DNA of 64,000 nt from Nitrospirota bacterium (GTDB taxonomy: Bacteria; Nitrospirota; UBA9217), in the NCBI GenBank assembly GCA_035623825.1, contig DASPSR010000011.1:1791-65790 (forward strand), in the 5' to 3' direction. Both the position numbers and the translations under genes were made by a program. Under the pieces are notes generated by a model that worked only from the letters and a program-made list of their open reading frames with translations, searched no databases and was not told the DNA's origin. Of the stretch, positions 8,316 through 19,259 are shown piece after piece; within the stretch, counting starts at the first letter, position 1; each line of letters begins with the position of its first letter.

Positions 8316-10097
8316 GTGGGTTCGGCAATGCAATCATCTTCAATATCAAAATATTCTCAATTGAAAAGCGACCTCTTGCAGTGCACCGACGATCTACTTG
8401 CCGTGGAGAACATCCGTGAATGCCCCTGCGAGGATCTGCGGGAAAAGATCCGGTCGAACGCCTTCAACCTCGTTGTCGTCGGTCAGTTCAAGCGCGGGAA
8501 AACGAGCCTCATCAACGCGCTGCTCGGCGCGGAGATACTGCCTGTAGCGGTCGTTCCTCTCACCTCCATCGTCACTATCATGACCTACGGAGAAGCGCTC
8601 AGGATGAAGGTTTACTTCAATGACGGGAAAATTGCTGAGATCAAGCCGGAAAATCTTATGGAATATGTTACGGAAAAAGGAAATCCCAAAAACGTCAAAG
8701 ATGTGCATGAAGTCGTTATTACATATCCGTCTCCCTATCTCAAGGACGGCGTGCGGCTTATCGATACGCCCGGCGTAGGCTCGATCTATCAGCACAATAC
8801 GGACGTTGCCTACCAGTATCTGCCGAAATCGGACGCCGCACTTTTCCTTCTCTCCGTGGACCAGCCCATGAGCAGGGCGGAGCTCGATTTTTTGAACGAC
8901 GTGAAGGAGTATTCAAACAAGATATTCTTTGTTCTGAACAAAGCGGATTATCTAAGGGAGAGCGATCTTAAGGAATCCCTCGAATTTTCCAAAACCGGGC
9001 TTGAGGAAGCGATGGGTTCAGAGGTAAAGCTGTTCCCGGTGTCGGCTAGGCTCGCTCTCGAAGGGGAGGCTGCGAAATCCGATGAAATGATCCAGAAGAG
9101 CATGCTTCCCATCTTTTCTAAAGACCTGAACCGGTTCCTGATGGAAGAGAAGGGTAATGTTCTCTTGCTGTCCGTCGCTAACAATCTTCTACGGATCATA
9201 TCTCAAGCGAAACTTGAGCTCGCGCTTGAAATGAAGTCCCTCGAAACGCCGCTCGATGAACTTAAGAAAAAGATCTCAGTATTCGAAGATAAAAAGAGGG
9301 AGGTCATGCTCGAAAAGCAGGATTTCGATATCCTGCTTGACGGCGAGACCAAGAGATTGGCAAAAAACGTACTTGATGAGGATATTACGCGGTTCAGGAA
9401 AGAGCTGCTTGTTCATGAACAACCGCATCTTGAAGAGCAATTCGTTCAGATGAAAACGCTGCCATCCCGGGAGCTGCGAAACGCACTGGAGCAGTCCGTC
9501 ATAAACCATGTAAAACAGGCATTCAATGCATGGCGGGCAATCGAAGATGAAAGGCTTGCCAAGGCTTTTGAGGCGATCTGCAGGAGGTTCTCAATCAAGA
9601 TTAATGACACGGTTGACGCTCTACTGAAATATTCGTCCGATCTGTTTGAAATCCCCTTTGAGGCCGTTAAGACCGAGATGCTCTGGTCGGACAAGTCCCG
9701 GTTCTCATATAAATTTAGGGACGAACCCGTCGGAATTGAGATCGTAGCTTCGACATTGACCCTTGCGCTGCCCAAATTCATCGGCGACAGACTCATCTTG
9801 AATAAAATGAAGGAACACCTCATTCGTGTCGTGGATATGCAATTGGGCAGACTGGGGAGCGATTTTGAGGAACGACTCGACAAAAGCAAGCTCGATTTCC
9901 GCTGGGAAATGCTCCAGAAGATCGAAGCGGCAATTGAGGGAATCGGTACCGCCATCGAAAAGGGCATGACGAAACGATCAAGCGGCGAGCAGGAAGCCGC
10001 TGCAAGAAAGCGGACCACAACTGAGACCGTGGGAAAACTGGATGAGATTAAAAACAGACTCACACGGATCAGAGCAGCAGCCGACGCCGTGAAATAA
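8316..10097 (+). CDS. Bacterial dynamin-like GTPase
   Basis: G1 VVVGQFKRGKTSLINALLG, G3 LIDTPGVGS, G4 VLNKADYL, followed by a long helical stalk-like region. The start may be the ATG at 8328. Confidence 0.8.
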   Translation: MGSAMQSSSISKYSQLKSDLLQCTDDLLAVENIRECPCEDLREKIRSNAFNLVVVGQFKRGKTSLINALLGAEILPVAVVPLTSIVTIMTYGEALRMKVYFNDGKIAEIKPENLMEYVTEKGNPKNVKDVHEVVITYPSPYLKDGVRLIDTPGVGSIYQHNTDVAYQYLPKSDAALFLLSVDQPMSRAELDFLNDVKEYSNKIFFVLNKADYLRESDLKESLEFSKTGLEEAMGSEVKLFPVSARLALEGEAAKSDEMIQKSMLPIFSKDLNRFLMEEKGNVLLLSVANNLLRIISQAKLELALEMKSLETPLDELKKKISVFEDKKREVMLEKQDFDILLDGETKRLAKNVLDEDITRFRKELLVHEQPHLEEQFVQMKTLPSRELRNALEQSVINHVKQAFNAWRAIEDERLAKAFEAICRRFSIKINDTVDALLKYSSDLFEIPFEAVKTEMLWSDKSRFSYKFRDEPVGIEIVASTLTLALPKFIGDRLILNKMKEHLIRVVDMQLGRLGSDFEERLDKSKLDFRWEMLQKIEAAIEGIGTAIEKGMTKRSSGEQEAAARKRTTTETVGKLDEIKNRLTRIRAAADAVK

Positions 10098-10150
10098 AGT
10101 TTAAGGCAGCTGCAAGGATCCCAGCCCCGGAATGTGAGAAGCACACGACC

Positions 10151-10908
10151 ATGATCGGACGCGAAAGGGAGATCGAGATAGTCCGCGACTATATACGGCG
10201 CAGAAAAAGTCTGCACATCCATGGACCATCCGGCGTGGGCAAGAGCGCACTTCTCAATCACATCTATCGCACATGGAGAGAGATCAGCGATTCTCCCGTC
10301 CCGATCTATTGCAGGAACAGTGGCACGTTTCGCACAATCTTGGTCTTGATAGCGGAATTTCTGTTGGGGCGCGGAGAGAAGCTTATCAGCATCGATAAGT
10401 TTGGACGCGAAAATCAGGTATTCCGGTCCAACGAACTGAGAACGATTCCGACCAGGTATCTTCGCAACATGGTATTTCCGCATGTCAAAAAAGGTGATTT
10501 TTACGTCATTCTTGACCATCTTGAAGATGTGACGCCTAGGATTCATTCGTTGCTGTCAGCCCTGCATGGCTGTTCATCGGTTGTCACCGCAAGTAGACAG
10601 GGATGGGACTTAAGCGACTACAGGAGTTTCCCTAGCAATCTTACCCTGTGGCATGTTCCGAAGCTACCAATGGGGAATCTCGAAAAGAAAGATGCGTTCA
10701 TGCTCATCGAATCCTTATCCGGTACATCGAATATAAAAGTCGCCGATGAACTTCATATGTTTAAGGATATCTACGAAATATCCTTGGGAAACCCGAAGAT
10801 GATTGAGAATATCTTTGAGAAGGCCGCCGACCCGAAATATCTTCACGAAGGAAAACTGAACCTGAACTTGATTATTATCGACTGCCAGATTGAAGAGGTC
10901 CGTATGCC

Positions 10909-10912
<4 letters not shown>
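10151..10912 (+). CDS. P-loop NTPase (AAA/ORC-like ATP-binding protein)
   Basis: Walker A HGPSGVGKSALL and Walker B-like FYVILDHLED. 253 aa. No closer family recognised. Confidence 0.6.
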
Positions 10913-12691
<1,779 letters not shown>

Positions 12692-12816
12692 ACAATAGAG
12701 AAGCCGCGCTCGACAAATTAGGATTACTACCTACCGAGCGAAGTACAGGGCCTCTCACGGATTCGGGAAAAACAAAATCCTTTTGCGGCGTCTTGAGTAA
12801 TGGCGTTCCCTTCGCA

Positions 12817-13065
12817 TTACTCTTCCTCATCAGACATGTCGTTGTCGCCGAACTGGGAATCATCGGGCAGAATCGTCTGTTCGCCATGTCCTTTGACCGC
12901 CTTTTTTATGGCTTCGAGTGCGCCTGGCTCTGGATGGGAGACCTTGGGAACGGCCGCTGCCATTTCCTGGGTTGCTTCCGACTCGTCCCTCAACGCCCTC
13001 ACCTCATAGGCTTCGGTAAGCGTTTCCCGCGTGGGTCTTTTCTTGAATATGTTCGCGAGCTTCAT
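12817..13065 (-). CDS. Small acidic hypothetical protein
   Basis: Internal Met (MKLANIFKK...) of track ORF 12817-13245 preceded by GGAGG. Natural-looking composition with an acidic C-terminus DNDMSDEEE. The overlapping + ORF 12688-13155 looks random. Confidence 0.4.
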   Translation of the reverse strand: MKLANIFKKRPTRETLTEAYEVRALRDESEATQEMAAAVPKVSHPEPGALEAIKKAVKGHGEQTILPDDSQFGDNDMSDEEE

Positions 13066-13308
13066 CACAATCGCCTCCTTCCTAACATATCCACATATAA
13101 TAATTATAGCACTTGGGTGAGAAACAAGCTTGTGGAAAATGGATACAGGACATGAGGGACATATTAGACGCCCAATTGTCGACGAATGCTCAATGTAACT
13201 CAATAAGCCTCTTGCCGACACTTCTAGATGCGGTAGGTCCGACATTGGGCGAAAAAGTTGATTTAACCTATGGATTTGTAAATTTATCAGAGACAGAGGA
13301 GACCATTA

Positions 13309-13779
13309 ATGATTAAAATCGATATTCCTGGTTTTGGTTTTGTAAGCTTAGAGCATCTTGTGTCTGATTTCACCGGTACACTATCGGTAGACGGAATACT
13401 GCTTCCCAAAGTGGCCGCCCAGTTGAATAAGTTGTCCAAAGTCATGAAAATTCATATTCTCACCGCCGACACCTTTGGCAAGGCGAAGGCGGAGATGAAA
13501 AACGTCAGGTGCGAGATACACATCCTGACCGGCAAGAATCACGATGTGCAAAAGGAGGCTTTTGTGAAGAAAATAGGGCCAGAAGGCATTGTTGCATTCG
13601 GGAACGGGAAGAATGACAGGAAGATGCTCAAGGCAGCGAAGATCGGCATTGCCGTGACCGAAGGGGAAGGGTGCGCCGTGGACGCGATAATAGCGGCGGA
13701 CATCCATGTACGAAGCGCGCTCGATGGTCTTGAACTCTTGCTGAACACGAAACGATGCAAGGCGACCCTGAGATTTTAG
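13309..13779 (+). CDS. HAD-superfamily protein (soluble P-type-ATPase-like, COG4087 type)
   Basis: DFTGTLSVDG (HAD motif I-like), ILTADT, GNGKNDRKMLKAAKIGIAV (motif III/IV). Confidence 0.7.
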   Translation: MIKIDIPGFGFVSLEHLVSDFTGTLSVDGILLPKVAAQLNKLSKVMKIHILTADTFGKAKAEMKNVRCEIHILTGKNHDVQKEAFVKKIGPEGIVAFGNGKNDRKMLKAAKIGIAVTEGEGCAVDAIIAADIHVRSALDGLELLLNTKRCKATLRF

Positions 13780-13794
13780 TGAAAGGACAACAAT

Positions 13795-14175
13795 ATGCCT
13801 CCGTGTCCATTTTGTTCAATATCGAGCGATAAAATCATAGCCGAGGATAGGCTATCCTTCACCGTGAGGGACACTCTACCGGTATCCCCCGGGCACACGC
13901 TCATCCTGCCGAAGCGACATATCGCTTCAATTTTCGAGGCAACAAAAGAGGAAGTTGCCGTTTTATGGAAGGCGCTGCAACAGGCGAGAAGCGAACTGCT
14001 CAAGGAATTCTCACCGGACGGCTTCAACATCGGAATCAACGACGGCCTTGCTGCAGGACAGACCATTCTCCACCTGCACATTCACCTGATCCCCCGGTAC
14101 AAAGGCGACATGCCGGACCCGCGCGGCGGCATACGCTGGATATTCCCGGAAAAGGCAGTGTATTGGAAGGATTAA
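13795..14175 (+). CDS. HIT (histidine triad) family hydrolase
   Basis: CPFC..., PVSPGHTLILPKRH and the triad LHLHIHLIPR. Confidence 0.85.
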   Translation: MPPCPFCSISSDKIIAEDRLSFTVRDTLPVSPGHTLILPKRHIASIFEATKEEVAVLWKALQQARSELLKEFSPDGFNIGINDGLAAGQTILHLHIHLIPRYKGDMPDPRGGIRWIFPEKAVYWKD

Positions 14176-14205
14176 AATCGCAGATGTTATTTTTTTGGCA
14201 TTTGT

Positions 14206-14634
14206 CTATTTTATCTTCGAACTCTTCTCAATCATCTTAGTCGTAAATTTATTTTTGTTGATTACGAATCGCTCGTGTTTTCCCTTTGAAATGAGTTCGA
14301 CCCCGTCATGAGCCTCCACTTCGAACACCAGCCGTCTACCATCGATCGCAGTCAATTTTACTTTTGCCGTTACCTCAAATCCCGGTGGCGTTGCCGCTAC
14401 ATGGCTCAGGTCGATATGGGTGCCGACCGTCTGTTCCTCAGGCCACTCTAAATAGGGATTTACCGCTTTAATGCAGGCCCACTCAATAAGGCCCACCATG
14501 AAGCCCGTTGCAAAAACTTCCGGCATCTGCTGAAATTCCTCGGACTCAGGATAGAGATAGGGGACTGTTTTGTTCGCAGGAATCGTGAAACTGAATTCGT
14601 GGATTAGCCCAACCTGTAATAAATGGCTCTTCAT
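14206..14634 (-). CDS. Hotdog-fold thioesterase of the FlK/COG5496 type
   Basis: VPYLYPES.EF..(M)PEVFATGFMVGLIEWACI and SHVAATPPG blocks match, from memory, the fluoroacetyl-CoA thioesterase FlK family including its Thr/Glu/His positions. Confidence 0.75.
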   Translation of the reverse strand: MKSHLLQVGLIHEFSFTIPANKTVPYLYPESEEFQQMPEVFATGFMVGLIEWACIKAVNPYLEWPEEQTVGTHIDLSHVAATPPGFEVTAKVKLTAIDGRRLVFEVEAHDGVELISKGKHERFVINKNKFTTKMIEKSSKIK

Positions 14635-14684
14635 AGCCCCTCCAGAATTAAAGAATCCGCTCTCGCCTCCGTTTACAACTCTCT

Positions 14685-14730
14685 GTCATCTGCTTCCGAC
14701 CTTCGGGCTAAAAACCCGAAGGTCATTTGG
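14685..14730. repeat. Intergenic hairpin element, copy 1 of 4
   Basis: GACCTTCGGG-ctaaaaa-CCCGAAGGTC followed by ATTTGG. See copies at 22230, 25438 and 54661. Confidence 0.6.
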
Positions 14731-14928
14731 AAAATGTTTAAGCATTTAACGGACCAAATATGCTATTTATTAAAATTACTGGTCGTAATCTTGATAATTT
14801 TATACCACTATAATAAACGCATGTACATCCTATAACTTTGATTATTGAGAGCTTCCTAGATATCAACATTTCACATCGGAATACTGTTTTTATTCTCTGC
14901 TAGGCTTAGGGGAAATGACGAAAAATCG

Positions 14929-14957
14929 AAAAAAAAGCAGGCTGGAATCCAGCCTGC
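14929..14957 (-). terminator. Intrinsic terminator of the 15062-15349 gene
   Basis: 9-bp stem GCAGGCTGG/CCAGCCTGC with a T-run on the minus strand. Confidence 0.6.
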
Positions 14958-15061
14958 TCAAAATGAATCGATTCATTTCTATACCGAAATCTGCCCTCCT
15001 GTCATTACTTTTATGACAGGCAGGAACTTAAAGCGGTCCCCTTGTAAGAAGTTGCCGGACC

Positions 15062-15349
15062 TTATTCTTTAAATACCGTAATTCCATTGTACAGGTCCTT
15101 GTCCGGTTTTTCTTCTCTAAGACCGCCCGCAGCAGAGCTTGACGCTTCAAAATGAGCCATCAATACCGGTTCGGTCACCGTTATCCCATTGGCCACGACC
15201 ATATCCAAGCTTGCTGCCTCAATTTTACTTCCTGAATCCTTGTCAAAATAGGTGATCCCATTGTCGCTCCAAGCTTTCGCCTCTGCAAAGGTGAATCCCA
15301 GAGCAAGAGTAACTACCGCAACCATCACTATAGAGAGTATTTTTTTCAT
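15062..15349 (-). CDS. Small secreted hypothetical protein with three NGIT repeats
   Basis: ATG at 15349 behind GAGGTGA. Signal peptide MKKILSIVMVAVVTLALGFTFAEA. DNGITYF / ANGITVT / YNGITVF. Confidence 0.5.
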   Translation of the reverse strand: MKKILSIVMVAVVTLALGFTFAEAKAWSDNGITYFDKDSGSKIEAASLDMVVANGITVTEPVLMAHFEASSSAAGGLREEKPDKDLYNGITVFKE

Positions 15350-15603
15350 ATGTATCACCTCATTTCTTTATAACCTTGCTTTCAGTATATCAGAGTTTTC
15401 CCGATTGTCAAGAGAGTTGCGCAACTTTTTAACTAGTTTATGGTTGCACTGCACGTCCTCTGGAGGAACTATCGTATGACTGCTACTTTATACCTAGTTG
15501 CTGACCATAAAATATTTCGGGGGCTATGATATAATTTCCATGAAAAAGATAAGGAAGGCTCGGCATGTTGTTGTAACGATAGAAAACGCTTAGGAGAACC
15601 ACC

Positions 15604-16044
15604 ATGAACCCAGAGCCACATCTTAGTATTATCGCCAGGACTATCCAACTTTCAGTCGCGCCCGTCTTCCTGCTTACGGCGATCGGGACGACTCTTGCCA
15701 TCCTTATCGGCCGATTAAACCGTATTGTTGACCGGGCGCGCATTCTCGAGGGAATTTTGCCCTCGGTGACTGCGAAGGCTGAGGGCGAAATCCACGCCGA
15801 ATTGTCTGCGCTATCCCAGCGCGCCAAATTGATCAACCTGGCTATCACCATGGGAACTGTGTGCGCAGTGTTAATCTGCGCTATGATTTCCCTGATGTTC
15901 ATAGGAGTATTTCTCTCAATCGACCTCGCCGACGTGGTAGCGGCACTCTTTGTGGGCGCCACGTTTGTATTCATAGGGGCTCTACTAACCTTCTTGCGCG
16001 AGACTTTTATCGCGGTAAAGAACCTGCGGATCGGTATGCAGTAG
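15604..16044 (+). CDS. DUF2721-like membrane protein
   Basis: 146 aa. IQLSVAPVFLLTAIGTTLAILIGRLNRIVDRAR pattern followed by two further TM helices. Confidence 0.6.
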   Translation: MNPEPHLSIIARTIQLSVAPVFLLTAIGTTLAILIGRLNRIVDRARILEGILPSVTAKAEGEIHAELSALSQRAKLINLAITMGTVCAVLICAMISLMFIGVFLSIDLADVVAALFVGATFVFIGALLTFLRETFIAVKNLRIGMQ

Positions 16045-16046
16045 AA

Positions 16047-16202
16047 CTCGACGTGCAAATTGCGTCGGTGGGGTTGACGGAAGCGCAGTCACGAAAACAG
16101 CGTAACATCGCTGCGGGAAAGGCACATTATTTCGGCACTGTGTCGGGTGAAGCGCGTTATGCAGGAGACCCAAAGCTTGCGCTTTCCCGCTCTCTGTTTT
16201 GA
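16047..16202 (+). pseudogene. Remnant of a flavoprotein disulfide reductase dimerisation domain
   Basis: The tail of track ORF 15861-16202 reads QIASVGLTEAQSRKQRNIAAGKAHY. This parallels PQIASVGLTEAQARKDHNVLVGRAQY of the intact gene at 25670-27046. There is no N-terminal part. Confidence 0.4.
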
Positions 16203-16242
16203 CGTCTTAGTTGCAGCTAGGGAGGTCTCCAGTTAATTCATT

Positions 16243-16935
16243 ATGGTCGAGGACGCATATCATAGTCTCTACCACTTCGCCGCAATCGTGCTCTTGGCAG
16301 TTGGCGCGTTGTTCCCCATTGTCGGACCGCTGAACGGAGCACCGATTTTTCTCACCATAACAGCGGACCTTTCGACGGAAGAGCGAGGTCGAATGGCGAA
16401 GGCGGTTGCGGTCGATTCCTTTCTTCTGCTTCTCGCATCGGCTCTGATTGGTTCGTATGTTCTCGATTTCTTCGGGCTGTCGATTCCTGCTGTCCAGGTC
16501 GCTGGCGGGGTCGTCGTCTGCTCCATTGCCTGGTCGATGTTGAATAGCCCCAATTCGCCGCCCACTCTCGCCCGCGAGCCGTCAACATTGACATCAGCTG
16601 AGTTCAGTCAACGCGCTTTCTACCCCCTGACAATGCCTCTCACCGTGGGTCCAGGTTCTATCGCGGTTGCTCTCACGCTTGGAGCAAACCAGCCGCGGGG
16701 TCTTCGCTCCTTGGCCCTGACAGTGCTTGCGCACGCGATCGGAATCTTTATCGTCGCCTTGAGCGTCTACTTCTGCTACCGCTACGCCGACCGCATCCTC
16801 AAGAAGCTCGGACCGACTGGAACCAGCGTGTTAATCCGCCTTTCCGCATTCATCTTGCTGTGTATCGGCGTACAGATTTGCTGGAATGGGTTGCAAGCGC
16901 TGCTGGTTAATGTGTTCCCGAACGCTGCTTCGTGA
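16243..16935 (+). CDS. MarC/UPF0056 family membrane protein
   Basis: LFPIVGPLNGAPIFLTIT signature. About 6 TM. 230 aa. Confidence 0.8.
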   Translation: MVEDAYHSLYHFAAIVLLAVGALFPIVGPLNGAPIFLTITADLSTEERGRMAKAVAVDSFLLLLASALIGSYVLDFFGLSIPAVQVAGGVVVCSIAWSMLNSPNSPPTLAREPSTLTSAEFSQRAFYPLTMPLTVGPGSIAVALTLGANQPRGLRSLALTVLAHAIGIFIVALSVYFCYRYADRILKKLGPTGTSVLIRLSAFILLCIGVQICWNGLQALLVNVFPNAAS

Positions 16936-16956
16936 TGCCTCCAGCAGTGGCCGCCG

Positions 16957-17301
16957 TTACCCTGGAGATTGGCCTGCTTCGAGCAAGCTGATAATCGGCT
17001 CATCGGGATGTGGAAGACCGGCTATCTTCCATGCGACGAGCGGGTTGATGAACTTCTCGGTTACGCAATCTTTCGGCTCACGGACAGTCTTGCAGATCGA
17101 ACCCACTATGGGGAAGAATTTGTACGTCTTGAAATGGTCACGGATGAATTGCAAAATGTCGATGCTCTCCGAGGTAAGTTCACCGACGCCCGCCCTTGCC
17201 GCAAGTTCGCGCGCCACGTCTTCATCCCAATCGTTGAAATTGATGAGATAACCGTCTTCATCCACGGCTGTAGTTCTCGATTTATATTTTAAGACCGGCA
17301 T
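16957..17301 (-). CDS. DsrC/TusE-family protein lacking the C-terminal cysteines
   Basis: DEDGYL.NF.DW.E.VA..LA..... LT..H..I..F.R..F and KIAGLP motifs of DsrC/TusE. Ends ...LLEAGQSPG with no Cys in the C-terminal arm. Confidence 0.75.
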   Translation of the reverse strand: MPVLKYKSRTTAVDEDGYLINFNDWDEDVARELAARAGVGELTSESIDILQFIRDHFKTYKFFPIVGSICKTVREPKDCVTEKFINPLVAWKIAGLPHPDEPIISLLEAGQSPG

Positions 17302-17564
17302 AAAATCAAACCCCCCTTCTTCGACCCGGCCCTAAACCCTGTTCCTAAAATTATTCTATATCTCACTCCGATGACTGTCAACGGAGATTAAAGTCGTACA
17401 AGGGAATTCAGGCACTGCGAGCGCAAAAAAGAAGCGCTGCAAGTCTTAGAGGCCCCTTGTTGCGGAAGACGAAAGGCCTGCGGACATGGGAGCACTTGAT
17501 GACGCCTCATGACCAGCTACTCGCGGCCCATACAGTCATTGCAAGAGATTCGCTGTTTTCCTCG

Positions 17565-19241
17565 TTAAGCTTTCTTTAAATGGTGATAGGGCGGAAGCGT
17601 GGCGATGCGATTGTCCTCAACCGGCTTCCCCGCGCCGAAGTGATAAAGGTCCTGATAGGTATTGTCCTGGAGACCCAGAAGGTCGTGAATTGTGTCGTCA
17701 AAGAAGCATCCCATGCCCGTACCCCTCATCCCGTATGCCTCGCAAGTCAGATATAAAACCTGGCCGACCATCCCTGCCTCCCAATGCAGCAGGCGATACC
17801 GGTAGGGTTCTTTTTCGATAACGGGACCGAACTCGGATATCATTGCGACCGCAAAGGCCCCGTCCGCCGCAATGTCTTGATCACAGCTTGTTGATACCGC
17901 CTTGGACCTGAAATCGCCCCGCTCAAGGATATACAGGGGAAGCGACTCGGGAGCTTCCGGCGTTCTTGCCCAGAGAAAGCCGTGGCGGCATCGCTTCTTG
18001 ATTTCCTCAACGTCTGTATCCCCGCGAACAAGGAAGTAAAGACCCGGTCCCAGGCCGGTCACAAGGTGAACGAAGATAAGGAGATGGACTGCGGCGCGGC
18101 CGACCTCCGCGTCGAAGGGTGCGTAATTGTTCCGCGGCAGAGTCCTGTCAAGAATATCGAAAAAATGATCTCTCGCAAGCGCTGTCCTTGCGTCGAAGGC
18201 GAGCGCGCTCCTGCGTTTCCTGATGAGTTGAGCACCCGCCACTGTGGGATAATTCCCCCTGGTAAAAGGATGTGCTTCGTATCGGAATTTCTCCTCCCGC
18301 GTCGATGGTTTGACGGTCAAGGCCGAAACCTCATCGATCACACTCCAGTCCCGATGGCGCCCGCTAAAGAGATTAGGGTCTCCGGTATACGAAAGTGGCT
18401 CGAACATGCGAATGATATCCGAGGGCATTGCTCGCGGGATTGCATTCTCTTTGGCCGAAGTGACGAATAGCAAAGGACCGGCTTCTTCCCGTTCGAATTC
18501 CTTCCAGCGAGTCTTAGTGAATCCGAGGATGGTTTCGACTTCCAGGTCTGAAAGCGCATTCAGGTACGCCATCTTCCATCCCAGAAGAGCAGCGGAAAAG
18601 CTCATGGCCGCAACGGCATGTCCCATGTCGAGATGGGAATACCGGAATGCGCGTTCGCCGTATTTCCATGATTCTCTCCAGTGTATGGAGGAGAGAGCTG
18701 CGAAAAACCCATCAGGGAAGTGCTGCCTGACACGCGGCCAGAACGGTTCGTCGCACTTCGTCCTCGCTTCGAGAACGTGAAGGAAGGGGTTGTAATGATA
18801 CACACCCCCTGGAATGGGGCCCTGCTGCGGCAAGGGAGGCAGAACCAAATAACTCTCGACGGGATGGAGATTCCCGCTGGAAGGATTCATCCGGAGTGCC
18901 CAGGAATTGTTACGGAACGATTTCCATGCGGAAAGACCAAGGGAGAGTTCAAGAAAACAGGCGATCCTCCCCAGCGAAAATGGCCGGGCATCTTGACCTT
19001 TCCTGTCGAACAGGTCCGAATATGTTCCTTCGGGATCTTGCTCCGTCAGAGGCAGCTCTATGACGGGTGCGCCCTCATATCTTCTGAAGGGCTCGGGTTC
19101 GCTCTGCCAGTCCAGATATCCTGCAGAACGCGCATACCGGTGGGGGTGATGTTTCGTTCTCTCGTGGTAGAGTTCGATGCCTTTCATCGATATTTCCATG
19201 TGGGAATTGTAACATAGCGCGGACTTTTGCGCGAGAACCAC
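17565..19241 (-). CDS. SagB-type dehydrogenase / double nitroreductase-fold protein
   Basis: YHERTKHHP start motif of SagB-type domains. Two nitroreductase-like halves. 558 aa. The true start is possibly at 19199 or 19187. Confidence 0.7.
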   Translation of the reverse strand: MVLAQKSALCYNSHMEISMKGIELYHERTKHHPHRYARSAGYLDWQSEPEPFRRYEGAPVIELPLTEQDPEGTYSDLFDRKGQDARPFSLGRIACFLELSLGLSAWKSFRNNSWALRMNPSSGNLHPVESYLVLPPLPQQGPIPGGVYHYNPFLHVLEARTKCDEPFWPRVRQHFPDGFFAALSSIHWRESWKYGERAFRYSHLDMGHAVAAMSFSAALLGWKMAYLNALSDLEVETILGFTKTRWKEFEREEAGPLLFVTSAKENAIPRAMPSDIIRMFEPLSYTGDPNLFSGRHRDWSVIDEVSALTVKPSTREEKFRYEAHPFTRGNYPTVAGAQLIRKRRSALAFDARTALARDHFFDILDRTLPRNNYAPFDAEVGRAAVHLLIFVHLVTGLGPGLYFLVRGDTDVEEIKKRCRHGFLWARTPEAPESLPLYILERGDFRSKAVSTSCDQDIAADGAFAVAMISEFGPVIEKEPYRYRLLHWEAGMVGQVLYLTCEAYGMRGTGMGCFFDDTIHDLLGLQDNTYQDLYHFGAGKPVEDNRIATLPPYHHLKKA

Positions 19242-19259
19242 CGTATCGCACAGTCGAAT

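Noticed and set aside
14698-14724. The hairpin with a 7-nt loop considered as a tRNA anticodon arm or tRNA fragment.
   Set aside because: The stem is 7-10 bp, not 5 bp. No acceptor, D or T arms are present in the flanks.
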